From Octopus sinensis (taxonomy: Eukaryota): a stretch of DNA of 64,000 nucleotides. Positions within the stretch are counted from its first letter, which is position 1. Every line of letters starts with the position of its first letter. A program made the position numbers and the translations under genes. The stretch spans positions 97,464,001 through 97,528,000 of the forward strand of contig NC_043000.1 of NCBI RefSeq assembly GCF_006345805.1. Direction: 5' to 3'. A model generated the notes under the pieces. It was not told where the DNA came from, did not search any database, and saw only the letters and a program-made list of their open reading frames with translations. Below are positions 12,241 to 24,457 of the stretch, in pieces.

Positions 12241-13929
12241 TCACTGACTCCAAATATTGCACACATACACATATACATGCTAAAATATCCTGTTCCAAGA
12301 AAGCTTGGATCTGGGTTGGAAACCGGCTCTTTCTCTAGTGGCAAGAAATCTTGAAATAAAATTTAATAATATACATTCATATACACACACTGACAATCGA
12401 ATACATGCATTCCTACATTGATACATACGTACATAGAAACATATAGACAATGCTAATTTTCGTGAAACATATCCAATAAAAACATTGAATTAAGAGAAAC
12501 GTAATATATCAAGAAGTTGGTGTTAAGTTTCCTTCAAGTGTAATATTAAATTGGATGGGTGACAATTTTATGTCTGTGAATATGATAAGAGAGGATATTT
12601 GCCCATTTCCGATTAGTTAAACCGCCGTATGGATCCGTCACTATTCAAAACGAAATGATTTATGTGTCTATTGTAGCAGCGATTTTAAGGAAATTATAAA
12701 AAATCATGTTTCCCTCTTGATATATTTTTGGTAAACAGCAGTAAAAGAAGGAAAACAAAGCTATCGTTCGTTTGATTAAACAAGACGCTAACATATTTAT
12801 TGCAATAACAAAATAGGAGAGCATAAAAATCGATGTCATATATCTTGATAAATAAATTTCGCATGAACATTTGTCAGAAAGTTAGTTTTACTTTCGCTTA
12901 CTAGTGAGACAGAACCAACAGTTTTTTTGTTTGTTTGTTTGTTTGTTTATTTGTTTTCTCTTTGTGATACAGGTAATATGTATTGTCGATTCATTCAACG
13001 TCACTATTACTATAATCCGTGTACTTTACATCTATTGTCTCCCGGACGGCGGAAATTGCCAAATCGAACTTTTAACCTCATGTGAATTATAGCCTAGAGT
13101 TTATGAAAAAAAATTATTATTGCTAGTAGTAGTAGTAGTAGTAGTAGTTGCTGTTGTTGTTACTGTACTTTAGCCTCAGGTTAGCACTGACTGAGCAGAC
13201 CCACGATTAAAGGCTTTCCTGCCATGACCGTGCCGCCTTTTCCTATGTGCACAGAACCCAGGAGTATGTATCTAACGCCTCATTGTCTAAAGAACGCAGT
13301 TATATCTATGTATTCTTTGATGTCCCAAAGAAGACAATATGATTACGGATAGCTTGGTTTTAACAACAGATTCTACAAAGAATGTTGCAACAATACGAAC
13401 CAATGAAGGAGCCTCTACTTGAACTGCTACAAATAGTAGTCAATCTTATTTAACTTATACCCTGGCGACTTTTAAATGTTAACCTAGATGGACTATGCTT
13501 GAAAACTTAAAAAGCTTGGATAGCGAGGGGTGGACTGTCTTTTATCATACACCAGTTCGATTAGGATTGAGCAAGCTTTAGACAATATAAATAACAACTC
13601 ACCTAGATACGTAATTAAGAATATACGATTCAACAAAGAAATTTGTACATGATTGTCATGGCTGGAACGCATTTGACTAAAGTTATACTCGACTGGGTTC
13701 GAACAGGATATACATCAGAGCAAAAACAAAACAAAAAAAAGATATTAAAACGAAAGTATTCCTTCAACATTTCTACCTGAATGTTCGTTTAATAATTTGA
13801 GGTGAAGGGTTAAGATAGCAGAGAAATTTAAAAAGTATCGAACTAAACCTTTAGGTGTACATTTTGTGTTCAAATTCTTGACAGAGCTTGATATACATCT
13901 TATTCCCCTCAGATCGCTAAATGGCATTT

Positions 13930-14330
13930 CTTCTATATATTGAAATTATTTGACCTACTAAAATGTCCTGAGTTAAAGACAGGAGTTATAATTGTACCAT
14001 CAAAAGGGCGCAGTTTCAATCTACGTGAACATTCGTTTCAATGGAGGCAAAAAAAAAGTCATGTTTTAGGGAAATAAGTCAAAATACAGCAGTGTAACGT
14101 TTTCTGTGCCGTAGAAGTAAAATGGCTCCAAACAAGGAGTCGAAAATATTTTAGTTTTTACTTGTTGAGAGCTTACTTCTAGCTCTTTGTTTTTGCTTGT
14201 TCTAGAAGAAGAGGTTGTGTCCTTGACCATCGTATGCACTATGACACCAGTGTGATCGATAAAGTTCATCTTCATTTTGAACCATTGCAAGTTGACGGTC
14301 GCAGGAAAAACATAGTCAAGAGGAGAATAT
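13930..14330 (-). mobile_element. Highly degraded RTE-like RT fragment
   Basis: VKTKIFSTPCLEPFYFYGTENVTL resembles K.RIF..CVES.LLYG.ETWTL. Confidence 0.4.
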
Positions 14331-15362
14331 CAGATCAGAGAAATTACGGGGAAAGTGTTTACTGTAGGGCCTTGGGTTAGATACAATATGGGTGATAAAA
14401 GGATAAGACACAAGTGAGTCGGAAGTGTATAACTGGAAAATACTTGAAGACTTGCCAGTTCCAAGGAGCTGAGGTTTCCTTCATGTATTAGGCAATATGT
14501 AGAATGTTGTAATGCTTAAACTTCAGTTTATATTATTCAAATTACTCCGCTAAAACAATAATTAATAAAAATTAGAAAAGGTATCTGCCTTCAACTATCA
14601 AAGAAAGTTTTCTTATGTACTGTATTTTCTTATGTCAAAGGATCTATTTTTCCTAAAGTATGTCGGGAAAATTAACCGTGCATCCTATTTCACGAATATT
14701 ACATTTTTCGTAAATCAATTTTAACCCCAAGAGGAGAGTTATTTATAGGAAATTTAACGTATTACTGTATTGTAAAAGTTTTTTTTTTAATGCGGTTTAT
14801 AAGTCATTAATGGAATATATCTGCTGCTAAAACGCCTAGAAATTATGTTTGTAAAATATGTAAAAGTGCTAAGACCGTGTTTTCGTGTTTATCTTTGTTT
14901 CAAAATTTTCTAGTTAAAATCTCTTACTATCGGGGCGCTCTGACCTCGACGCCGGCAAATACGGTCGGCTGTTTCGTTCTTGATCAGCACTGTTCCTGCA
15001 TACCTACAGCCAAAGATAGGTTCAATCTATGAACATCTTTACTTTTCTGTTTTGAAACTTTGTGTATTTCTAGCTATTATTCTATTTAATGTTTCCTTTT
15101 TATACGACAGTAGGATGTATGATTTAAAGGAGATTTGGTTTTTATTTCTGGAAGCTGGAAGTGCTGTAGAGAAGGCTTTTCGCTTTATTTACTGGACGGA
15201 CTTGCTAAAAACTATTCTGTATTCCTATTATTGTTTAGTGTTTTATTTTATTTCCTTTTTGTTTTCTTTTATAGAATCTATATATTTGTGTAAATATGCA
15301 TGCTGCACCCCTCCCCATCACACACGCACACATATGTATGCATGCATGTATGTACATAAATG

Positions 15363-15472
<110 letters not shown>

Positions 15473-15879
15473 CTCTTATTATAAAGGCAGATTTTATCTG
15501 CCTCCCTTTGGGAGTTATACAAATCTACAATATAGGATTTCTTCAATTACAATTACCTAGCAGTTTTGAGAGTACAATGCATCGCGTCATGCCAGGTCCA
15601 GTTTTTAAAATTTAAACTCCAATTAAGCAAAATTTACAGAAATCTCACATTCTAGTGTGTGTGTCAAATGCTTTTCTTAGTCTGGTTTACAGCACACGCA
15701 AACGCACACACACAGTGGGCAACGAATAAAACGAAAGTAATTCACTTACTGCAGTGAGTGATTCTTTCACTCTGCCTCCCACTTCCTCTTTCAACACATA
15801 CACACGCAAATATATAAATAAAATTGTAAGCTAACGTGCGTGTGTGTGTGTGGGTGTGCGCTTGTGTGTGTGTGTGAGG

Positions 15880-15915
<36 letters not shown>

Positions 15916-15978
15916 GCGTGAGTGTGTGACAGGAAAGATTTTTACTACGAATATAACACCTATATCCAAGTAGCAGAA

Positions 15979-16450
15979 AGATAAGACAGTAAGGTGTGAT
16001 TTGAGGGAGATTTGGCTGCTATTTCTACCATGTCTAGCTGCCATGTAGGGGTCTCCCTCATAGGCTCATACATACATATATACATAGATAAGACAGTAGG
16101 TGTGTGATTTGGAGGAAATTGGCTGCTATTTCTACCAGGTTAGCTGCCATGTAGGGGTCTCCCTCATAGGCTCATATACATATATACATAGATAAGACGA
16201 AGGTGTGATTTGGGGGAAATTTGGCTGCTATTTCTACCAGGTCTAGTGCCATGTAGGGGTCTCCCTCATAGGCTCATACATACATATATACATAGATAAG
16301 ACGGTAAGGTGTGATTTGGGGGAAATTGGCTGCTATTTCTACCAGGTCTAGCTACCATGTAGAGGTCCCCCTCATTGGCTCATATATATATACATACATA
16401 AGACAGTAGGTGTGATTTGAGGGAGATTGGGCTGCTGTTTCTACAGGTCT
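15979..16450 (+). repeat. Tandem array of ~4.5 units, 104-107 bp each
   Basis: Unit agataagacagtaaggtgtgatttgagggagatttggctgctatttctacc...ctccctcataggctcatac(at)n starts at 15979, 16086, 16190, 16294 and ~16399. Confidence 0.95.
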
Positions 16451-16504
16451 GTTAGGCCTTCTCATGTAAACTCAAGCTTCTCATGCCTGAACATAAGACC
16501 AAAG

Positions 16505-16740
16505 CAGAGAATGTATTCTTTTATTCTTCTGCTTTTTCCAGCCATTGGTCTGTGGCCATGCTGGGGCATGCCTTGAAGAATTGTAGTTTAATGAATCAAC
16601 TCCAGTTTTATTTTGTAAGCATTGTACTTATTCTATCTGTTTCCTTTGTCAAACCACTAGGTGACAGGGATGTAAACAAACCAACATTCGTTGTCAAGCA
16701 GTGGTGGAGGACAATCACAAGCACAGACACGCACCACACA
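16505..16740 (-). mobile_element. SINE family A 3' part (degraded)
   Basis: tacttattctatc..tttgtcaaacc..gatgtaaacaaaccaacattcgttgtcaagc matches the tails at 42915 and 57289. Confidence 0.7.
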
Positions 16741-16822
16741 CACACATACATGCATACACATATACACAAATACATACATACATACATAATATATAATGTG
16801 TGTATATATATATTGCAGCCTG

Positions 16823-17059
16823 GAAGGTGTTTGTAAGCCATTTAAGAAACACACAAAAAACCGTTTCATTCACTTCAACATTTAAATTTATTTGCCAAAA
16901 TATTTTCGTCGCTTTGAGACCGCGACCTGTTCACTGACAAAAATATCGTGCTAACAGGTCGCGGTCTCAAGCGACGAAAATATTTTGACAAATTAAATTT
17001 AAATGTTGAAGTGAATCTAACGGTTTTTGTGTGTTCTTAAATGGCTTATAAACACCTTC
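16823..17059. repeat. Long inverted repeat (arms ~108 bp, 21-nt loop) formed by a Penelope-like terminal repeat
   Basis: 16823-16931 is the near-perfect reverse complement of 16953-17059; the unit is flanked by (TA)n. Confidence 0.95.
16892..16940 (-). ncRNA. Hammerhead-like fold with G3:C8 swapped core
   Basis: UUGUCA GUGAACA G GUCGC-GGUCUCAAA-GCGAC GAAA AUAUU U UGGCAA; palindromic stem III AAUAUU. Confidence 0.65.
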
Positions 17060-17233
17060 AACGCGTGCAACTGTTTTCGTTCCAGCACACGATCTCAGAT
17101 CAAGTCACTTGCTATGCAAGTACATCTCTGTAACTATATATATATTATATATATATATATATATGTATATGGTAAAAAAACGTAAGATAACAAAAGAAAG
17201 AAAGAGACCTCAATATTATGTAAATAGAGGAAA

Positions 17234-17635
17234 TCTTATATATAAAAGTGAGGTTGTGTGTCTGTCTCCTACGATTTAGATTCCTAACTACTCCCACATT
17301 TTGCGGTGCAGTTTAACCAAAACCGGGTATCTTATAGTCGTGATTCATATCGAGACCGTCTGGGTATTAGCGCGCGAGCGCGCGTCTACGATGAGTCTAC
17401 GATTTAAAAAAAAATTTACCATCAATTTTCCCCATTTTTAATCCATTTTTGACATATATAAGGGAAGTAACTCTCTAAAATTTATTATTAAATCTCAGAA
17501 CGTAAAAAGCTACAGTAACACCCCTCCCCCTTTGTGGTTAGCCATATTGAGATGGCTATTATACTTTACATCTCTAAAAATGCTTATATAATTATTTCCC
17601 TTACAAACCCGAGCAACGCCGGGCGATACTGCTAG
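17234..17635 (+). mobile_element. Non-autonomous Helitron
   Basis: 5' TC (a^TCttatatataaaagtg), subterminal cccg..cggg hairpin at 17608-17623, 3' CTAG, inserted between A and T. Confidence 0.8.
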
Positions 17636-17800
17636 TATATATATATGTATATGTATATGGATGTATGTATATACATACATATATATACATGTGTGTATAC
17701 ATATATGCATATATATATATATGCATATATATATATGCATATATATATATATGCATATATATATATATAAATCTATATATATATTATATATATACTTATA

Positions 17801-17958
17801 TATTATAAAATTTATTAGAGACAAAACCACTATTTTGCAAAACAAACAAGGAAAGACTTAATCAATACATAAAATTGTAATAATTACTATAAAATTGGAT
17901 TTAATCCTAAATCTGATTTTTCCCTGTAAATTTGGATTTATTCCCTAATATTTATTAT
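17801..17958. repeat. Rearranged copy of the 9655-9820 terminal repeat
   Basis: Block B is in direct orientation, followed by the reverse complement of block A; at 9655 the order is A then B, both direct. Confidence 0.9.
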
Positions 17959-17995
17959 TTATATATTATATATATAGATATATATATATATATAT

Positions 17996-18038
<43 letters not shown>

Positions 18039-18702
18039 ATATATATAATATATATATATATAATATATATATAATATATATATATATAGTATTAAAAACA
18101 TCATACTATAAAGCATTACGATATGAATTAATAATTCTGTATGAGAATATATGAATATATTTCCAGCATTGGCAATTATAACAACCCACAAAATTATTTT
18201 AGAACAAGATTACAAAATATTCTCTTATAAAGAATTAACATGATTATTATTGAACCATAGTAAATGTTTGGAATCATGATGTGAAGTGAACTGAATATGT
18301 GAAAGGAAAGGGTTTGTTGCAGTTAATATTTAATCGCTTTCTCAAAGCAAACGTTGTTAATTATTTGCGGTTTACACGGTTGGCTGAGCATACATATTCA
18401 ATATAAGTACGCTGATTACTTTCCAGAAACATCTACTACTACTAGTGCTGCTGCTGCTGCAGAGCTGATGTTACCGTTGCGAGTCAGAGAGCTTCTATGT
18501 TGTCGCTTAATCTACAACGAATAGACCTCAAATTTCCTTCAAATCACTCCTAACGTTTAAAAATAAAGAACACATTGTATAATGTAGTCTCGTACTTGTT
18601 ATTGCTATTTCTTCAGCTCCAGGACGATTCCGGTTCAGCAGAGATATGTAATACAGATTAACGTCGTTCTAGTCGTGACCATCCCGATCATAGTGTATAT
18701 CT

Positions 18703-18985
18703 TTTCTACTCTAAGCACATGGCCCGAAATTTTTGATGAGGGGGGGGGGGCAGTCGATTAGATCGACCCCAGTACGCAACTGGTCTTAATTTATCGACAA
18801 CAAAAGGATGAAAGGCAAAGTCGACCTCGGCGGAGTTTGAACTCTGCACGTAAAGACGGACGAAATACCACTAAGCATTTCGACCAGCGTGCTAATGTTT
18901 CTTATTTCTTTATTGCCCACAAAGGGCTAGACATAGAGGGGACAAACAAGGACAGACAAAGGGACTAAGTCGATTAAATCGACCC
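18703..18985 (-). mobile_element. SINE family B (composite)
   Basis: aaaggatgaaaggcaaagtcgacctcggcgg; agaggggacaaacaaggacagacaaa. Confidence 0.85.
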
Positions 18986-18999
18986 TAGTGCGGGGCACA

Positions 19000-19340
19000 A
19001 TGGAGTCGCGCATAAACTAATCCAGTCTGGTTTTTACGTTTCATGTCCTCTCTATTTGCGCAAGCCTGGGCTAGATGTAAGAAAATCCTGGGTAGCCCAG
19101 TCGTCAGGACTTCTCTCTCGACCATGCTGGCGTAGTCCAAAGAAATGCACAGCATTACGTTTGACACCAGCTTGGTTGCAGGAGCTGCCGGAAGAGTGTC
19201 GAGTCGAACACTAAACCGCCTACGGGGCTCCACTCCGGATTTCTTTGAAGTTTGTCTACTTTCCGTAACCCTGGATAGGGGCCCATACCTGGTACTGTCA
19301 ACTGGAGCCAGCTGAGCCCGGGACTGGGTCAGTCAGGGTC
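19000..19340 (-). mobile_element. RTE-like LINE 5' region
   Basis: GC-rich leader followed by MKRKNQTGLV, resembling an RTE ORF2 start. Confidence 0.45.
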
Positions 19341-19395
19341 GTCACTCCTTGAAGTGAAGAAAAGAAAAATCGCTACCCACTACCTTATGTATATA

Positions 19396-19446
<51 letters not shown>

Positions 19447-19584
19447 GTATACATATGCATATATATATATGTATGTATGTGTATGTACATTATACATATA
19501 TATAATATATATATATATATAATATATATATAATATATATAATATATATATATAATATATATATGTATGTATGTATGTATATGT

Positions 19585-19893
19585 ATAGGTGTGTGAGTGG
19601 GTATTCGGCCCACGATTGTAAAGTTGAGAGTTCAATTACCAGCGATGCGTTGTGCCCTAGAGCAAAATACTTTATCTTACATTGCTCCAATCCACTCAAC
19701 TGGCAAAGATGTGTAGTATCTGTAGTTCAAAGGGCCATCCTTGCCAATCCTGTGTTATGCTGAATCTCCCTGAAAACTATATTAAAGGTACATCTGTCTG
19801 TGGAGTGCTCAGCCACTTGCATGTTAATTTGACGAGCTGGCTTTTCGTTGATAGGATCAACTGGAACTCTCGTCGTTGTAAGTGACAGAGTGC
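19585..19893 (+). mobile_element. tRNA-derived SINE family C
   Basis: B-box GAGTTCAATT; core gagcaaaatactttatcttacattgctccaatccactcaactggc; body shared with 27890. Confidence 0.75.
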
Positions 19894-19969
19894 CATATAT
19901 ATCGCGTGTGTATCGTTGGCGAGTTTTTTTTCCTCCGTCTTCTCTTCCTTGGATCTTTCCTTTTCCTAT

Positions 19970-20004
19970 GTTTCTGACGAAGAGCTCCGCTCGAAACGTT
20001 AAAT
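19970..20004 (+). ncRNA. Minimal hammerhead fold (dimer type)
   Basis: GUUU CUGACGA A GAGC-UCC-GCUC GAAACGUU AAAU; palindromic ACGU stem III. Confidence 0.7.
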
Positions 20005-20380
20005 CCTCCTTCTTTCTTTCCTTTCCTGAGCGTCTAATAACACTATCCTTGTTCCACGTCCTCTCGTTGTTGTGTTTTCTGTTTGTATTTTCATGTTTGG
20101 ATAACTATACATGGGCTTCCTTCAATTTCCGTCTACTGAATCCACTCACACATCCCGAAGGATGCACGTACAACACTGAACCTAGAACCATTTGCATGGG
20201 AAGCAGGCATCTTACCACACATCCTTACGCGCACGCACACACATACAGTCACGTACATACATACATACATACATACATACATACATACATACATACATAC
20301 ATACATACATACATACATACATACATACATACATACGTATATACATATGTGTGTGTGTTTGTGTGTGTGGGTGTGTATAT

Positions 20381-20411
<31 letters not shown>

Positions 20412-20489
20412 TCAAAATGAGACCGCGTGTGTACCGTTGGCGACTTTTTTTCCTCTGTCTTCCCTTCTCTGGATCTTTTCTTCTCCAAT

Positions 20490-20524
20490 GTTTCCGACGA
20501 AGAGCTCCGCTCGAAACGTTAAAC
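20490..20524 (+). ncRNA. Minimal hammerhead fold with U4C substitution (probably inactive)
   Basis: GUUU CCGACGA A GAGC-UCC-GCUC GAAACGUU AAAC. Confidence 0.55.
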
Positions 20525-20624
20525 CCTCCTTCTTTCCTTCTTTCCTGAGCGTCCAATAATACTATATTTGTTCCACGTCCTCGCGGTGTTGTGTTTTTTT
20601 TGTGCTTTCTTGTTTGGATTAACT

Positions 20625-20668
<44 letters not shown>

Positions 20669-20680
20669 ACATATATATTT

Positions 20681-20748
<68 letters not shown>

Positions 20749-20789
20749 CAGAGAGAGTGATAGATAGATAGATAGATAGATAGATATAG

Positions 20790-20837
<48 letters not shown>

Positions 20838-20969
20838 AGATAGATAGATAGATATATCCCACTGCCCAGACGAATTTTCATCTCTCTAATATCTAGTGCG
20901 TTTTTAACCGAGCAAGTCCTTGAGAGATACTAATCTACGGTAATTGTTCAATGGATTGTGTGTATACTT

Positions 20970-21011
<42 letters not shown>

Positions 21012-21083
21012 ATATATATATACAGACACACACACACATATATATATAAATATATGTATGCATATATATATATATATATATAT

Positions 21084-21178
<95 letters not shown>

Positions 21179-21180
21179 GC
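20625..21180. repeat. (TA)n and (TAGA)n microsatellites
   Basis: Seen directly. Confidence 0.95.
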
Positions 21181-21352
21181 AAATGCGATATTGTGTTTTA
21201 CTTTCATTGAATAAGGAAAATTTGTCTAAAGATACGTCTTCGTTTTTCTTTCCATTGTCCATTAATATCATTATTATGATTTGCTTTAGCTTTGATTTGT
21301 ACGAGCTGCACCCAAGTCTCAACCAGAAACCTCAATGATTATTATTGTTTCG

Positions 21353-21393
<41 letters not shown>

Positions 21394-22384
21394 GGGTTGT
21401 TGTTGTTGTTGTTATATCTTGTTTAAATAACAGTTTCAATATGTTTCTTGTTATAGACATTGAGAAGGATATGTGTGTGTGTATGTGTGTATGTGTGAGA
21501 GAAAGAGACAGACAGACAGACAGAAAGAGATAGGGAAATATATAAAAACTAGAGAAAACGTTGATGTTTCAAAAGCGAATTTCATTTTTTTATTATTATT
21601 ATTATTGTTAATGTTGATTTTAATGTTATCGTTGCTCTGGTTTTTATTGTTTTTGATAGTCTTGCTGCTGTTTCTTGTATTATGATAGAAATCAGTTATT
21701 ATTATATGACTCAGTAAAACGATTTTTTTTAAATGATATTGTTTTGGCTAAGAGCTATTATTGAAGAAAAAAATTAACTCTTGACATGTAAAAATAATGA
21801 TAGCATAATGGACTACATTACAGATAATCAGAGGCTTGAGAACAACAATAACAATAAGTAAATAAATAAAAAAATAATAAATAGATAGATAAACAAACAA
21901 ATAAATAAATAAATAAATAAATAAATAAAGGCAAATCATAGTGAGTATAATTTAGATGTTGTTTTATAGTAAACAAAAACGTATTTTTTTAATTATTGTT
22001 CGTTTGTTTATATATTCATATATTTACTAACGGGTTTCTTGGAGATTCCACGTTTCATAAATGTCCTTGGATTTATTTTAAAGCATAAATTTAAAAATTG
22101 TTATAACATTGTCTCATTATGATAAAGATCTCGATTGCGTCTCTGGATTCCTTCCATCCTTAAATTTGTTTACATCGTAATACAGGCATAACCCCGACGT
22201 TCCGAATATTGATGGTCTTCAACTCCTCATAATTCGCACAAATTTACACGCAGGAACTTCTTATTCCCGCGGCCGCCAGACTAGTTTACTAGTACCTTGC
22301 ACAGATTAGTACCTTACACTGATTAGTGTAAAATTGTGCCCTTCATACTAATGCACGAGCAAATTTAATATTTGTATAATTTAG

Positions 22385-22432
22385 AGCGTGTTGACCAAGG
22401 TGACCACACTACATCGGGATATCAATTATCTG
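22385..22432 (+). other. Candidate 48-nt exon
   Basis: T-rich ...aatttAG acceptor and ctg|GTAAGG donor; open in phase 1 (RVDQGDHTTSGYQLS) and phase 0. Confidence 0.3.
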
Positions 22433-23131
22433 GTAAGGCTTTGGAAACTAAGGTTCAGGAAAATTAAATTCATGTTGTACTTGACTACGAAGATGTTTCG
22501 TTATGTCAAAGCCTCCAGTTATATTGTCTTTCAGATTTCGTTCCCTAGTTTAAGTTCGTTAAGAAGTGTAACACTAAAACACATATCGCGACAAAGAAAA
22601 TAAAATGCCTGGTTGTTTTTAGAAATTTAAAGTCTTGAAGTACCTTTGATTGTTTCTGGAAATTTAACTTTATTTTCGCCGATCCAGCTAGCAGCTATAT
22701 CTTTACACCACCGCCACAACTTTCTCGATAAAATCGTCTATTCAAAAATGCATGACTTTAAGGTAATGTTAACGAAGGTGGATTGGCAGAATTAGTAAAA
22801 CGTCGGAGAAAATGCCGCTTGATAATACTTACATAGTTTTACATTTTTTGCAGATATTAAGACGTACTTTACAAGTGTTCACTTTATCATGAGGCCGGTA
22901 AACAAAATCTTTTTTGAGTTCCGTACATAAAGAACCGTGACTAGACGCCATAAGATATTCAGTTTGGCGCCCCGTATCATTTTGCTATCTTATATGCATG
23001 CAGAGTATTAAATTATGTTCTGATTGGTCTCAGAATAAAAAAAATCTGTCTCATATTAAAAAGTTCAATGTTTGTTTCCTTGTCTCAAATATATGACTTT
23101 CAAACACAATGTTGTACGTTTTCCATTCAAG

Positions 23132-23210
23132 GCATATGGGAAAATGGTGTGGCCGTGTTGCTGAAATTACAAAACGTCAGACTAAATGCATTCGAAAACA
23201 TGAACGTGTG
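23132..23210 (+). other. Candidate 79-nt exon
   Basis: ttttccattcAAG acceptor and gtg|GTAAGT donor; two open frames (GIWENGVAVLLKLQNVRLNAFENMNV or HMGKWCGRVAEITKRQTKCIRKHERV); no homolog recognised. Confidence 0.35.
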
Positions 23211-23359
23211 GTAAGTTTGTGAATAAAGTAGAAGAGAAAATATTCAAAAATTCTGCCCCTATACATATATACATACATATATAGAAAGATAGATAGATAG
23301 AGAGATAGATAGATAGGTAGATGGATAAATGGATAGATAGGTAGATATATATATATAAA

Positions 23360-23410
<51 letters not shown>

Positions 23411-23466
23411 CATATATATATACATATATATATGCATATATATATGTATGTATTGGTGTGTGATAT

Positions 23467-23514
<48 letters not shown>

Positions 23515-24186
23515 AATTCACACGCGAATTTATTTTATTTTACAGGATTCATGCACGTATCTGTTCACGCGCGCGAAATCATACATACATACATGCACGC
23601 ATGCATACATACATTCGTATGTGAGTACATACATACACGCGCGCCCACACACACATACACACACAGCAAAACACACACATATATATCTCCAGTACTTCAG
23701 TGTTTTGTTTTCTAATTTCTATTATTTCCTACGTTTTGGTGTGTTTTTCTTTTTTTTTTTTGTTTTTTGTTTCAGCTTCAGCTCGAAATATCAGAAACTC
23801 GTCTACTATCTCTTTGCTTGGACGAAAACTTTAATAATTACACTACTTTTAATCTGTGTTTCGTTTTATTTTCGCTAATTTTACTCACACACACACATAC
23901 ATAAGCTTGTGAGTGTATGTATGTATGCGTGTGTGTGAGTAAAATTAGCGAAAATAATATATATATATATATATATATATATGGTTCTGCGACCATGTCC
24001 TCCTTGACACATTTGTATAACGACTTAATTCGCAAGTCACCTGACGGTCTGACCACGCATGGTAAAATACATGGTCACAACTCAGCCGGTGATGCCAGGA
24101 GATAGACAGTTCAAATGCTGCATGTGAACATGCTTACAGTGCCATCTTCGTGCACATGGTTGTGCAAAGTTCTGTGAAGGGATGGC

Positions 24187-24457
24187 ACAGATTATCATAT
24201 TCTTTACGATGTCCTTTGGCTTGTAATTTATCATATAAATTTTAAGAAGTGTTGTAGATCTTTATTGTCCCAGATACCATAATAATCTGTGGGACATGTA
24301 TTGGGTTGTCCGGAAAGTTCGTGCTGATTTTTAAAGGTTAGAAAAAAGGTCAATAAATACTTGCTATTACATTTTTAATCAACCAAATATGAACCATTTT
24401 ATTGCACAATGCGTCGCCATCTTTCCTTTAACTTGAAAATACCCTCTTCCCAGAATT
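24187..24457 (-). repeat. Inverted duplicate of 26089-26359 (mariner right end plus flank)
   Basis: 271-bp reverse-complement match with few substitutions; TIR starts at 24301. Confidence 0.95.

Larger units (their letters stand above)
19902..20625 (+). mobile_element. Two copies (19902-20105 and 20424-20625) of a Penelope-like terminal repeat
   Basis: Closely similar direct copies, each ending in (TA)n-like sequence and each carrying a hammerhead fold. Confidence 0.7.

Noticed and set aside
11660-13092. Strong-looking splice acceptors at ~11660 and ~12971
   Set aside because: No convincing donors or recognisable peptide; T-rich tracts are abundant by chance
15979-16450. CRISPR-like regularity
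   Set aside because: Whole units repeat with no unique spacers, the context is eukaryotic, and no cas genes are present
19000-19340. HDV-like ribozyme in the RTE leader
   Set aside because: Expected from the clade, but I could not build the nested double pseudoknot by eye
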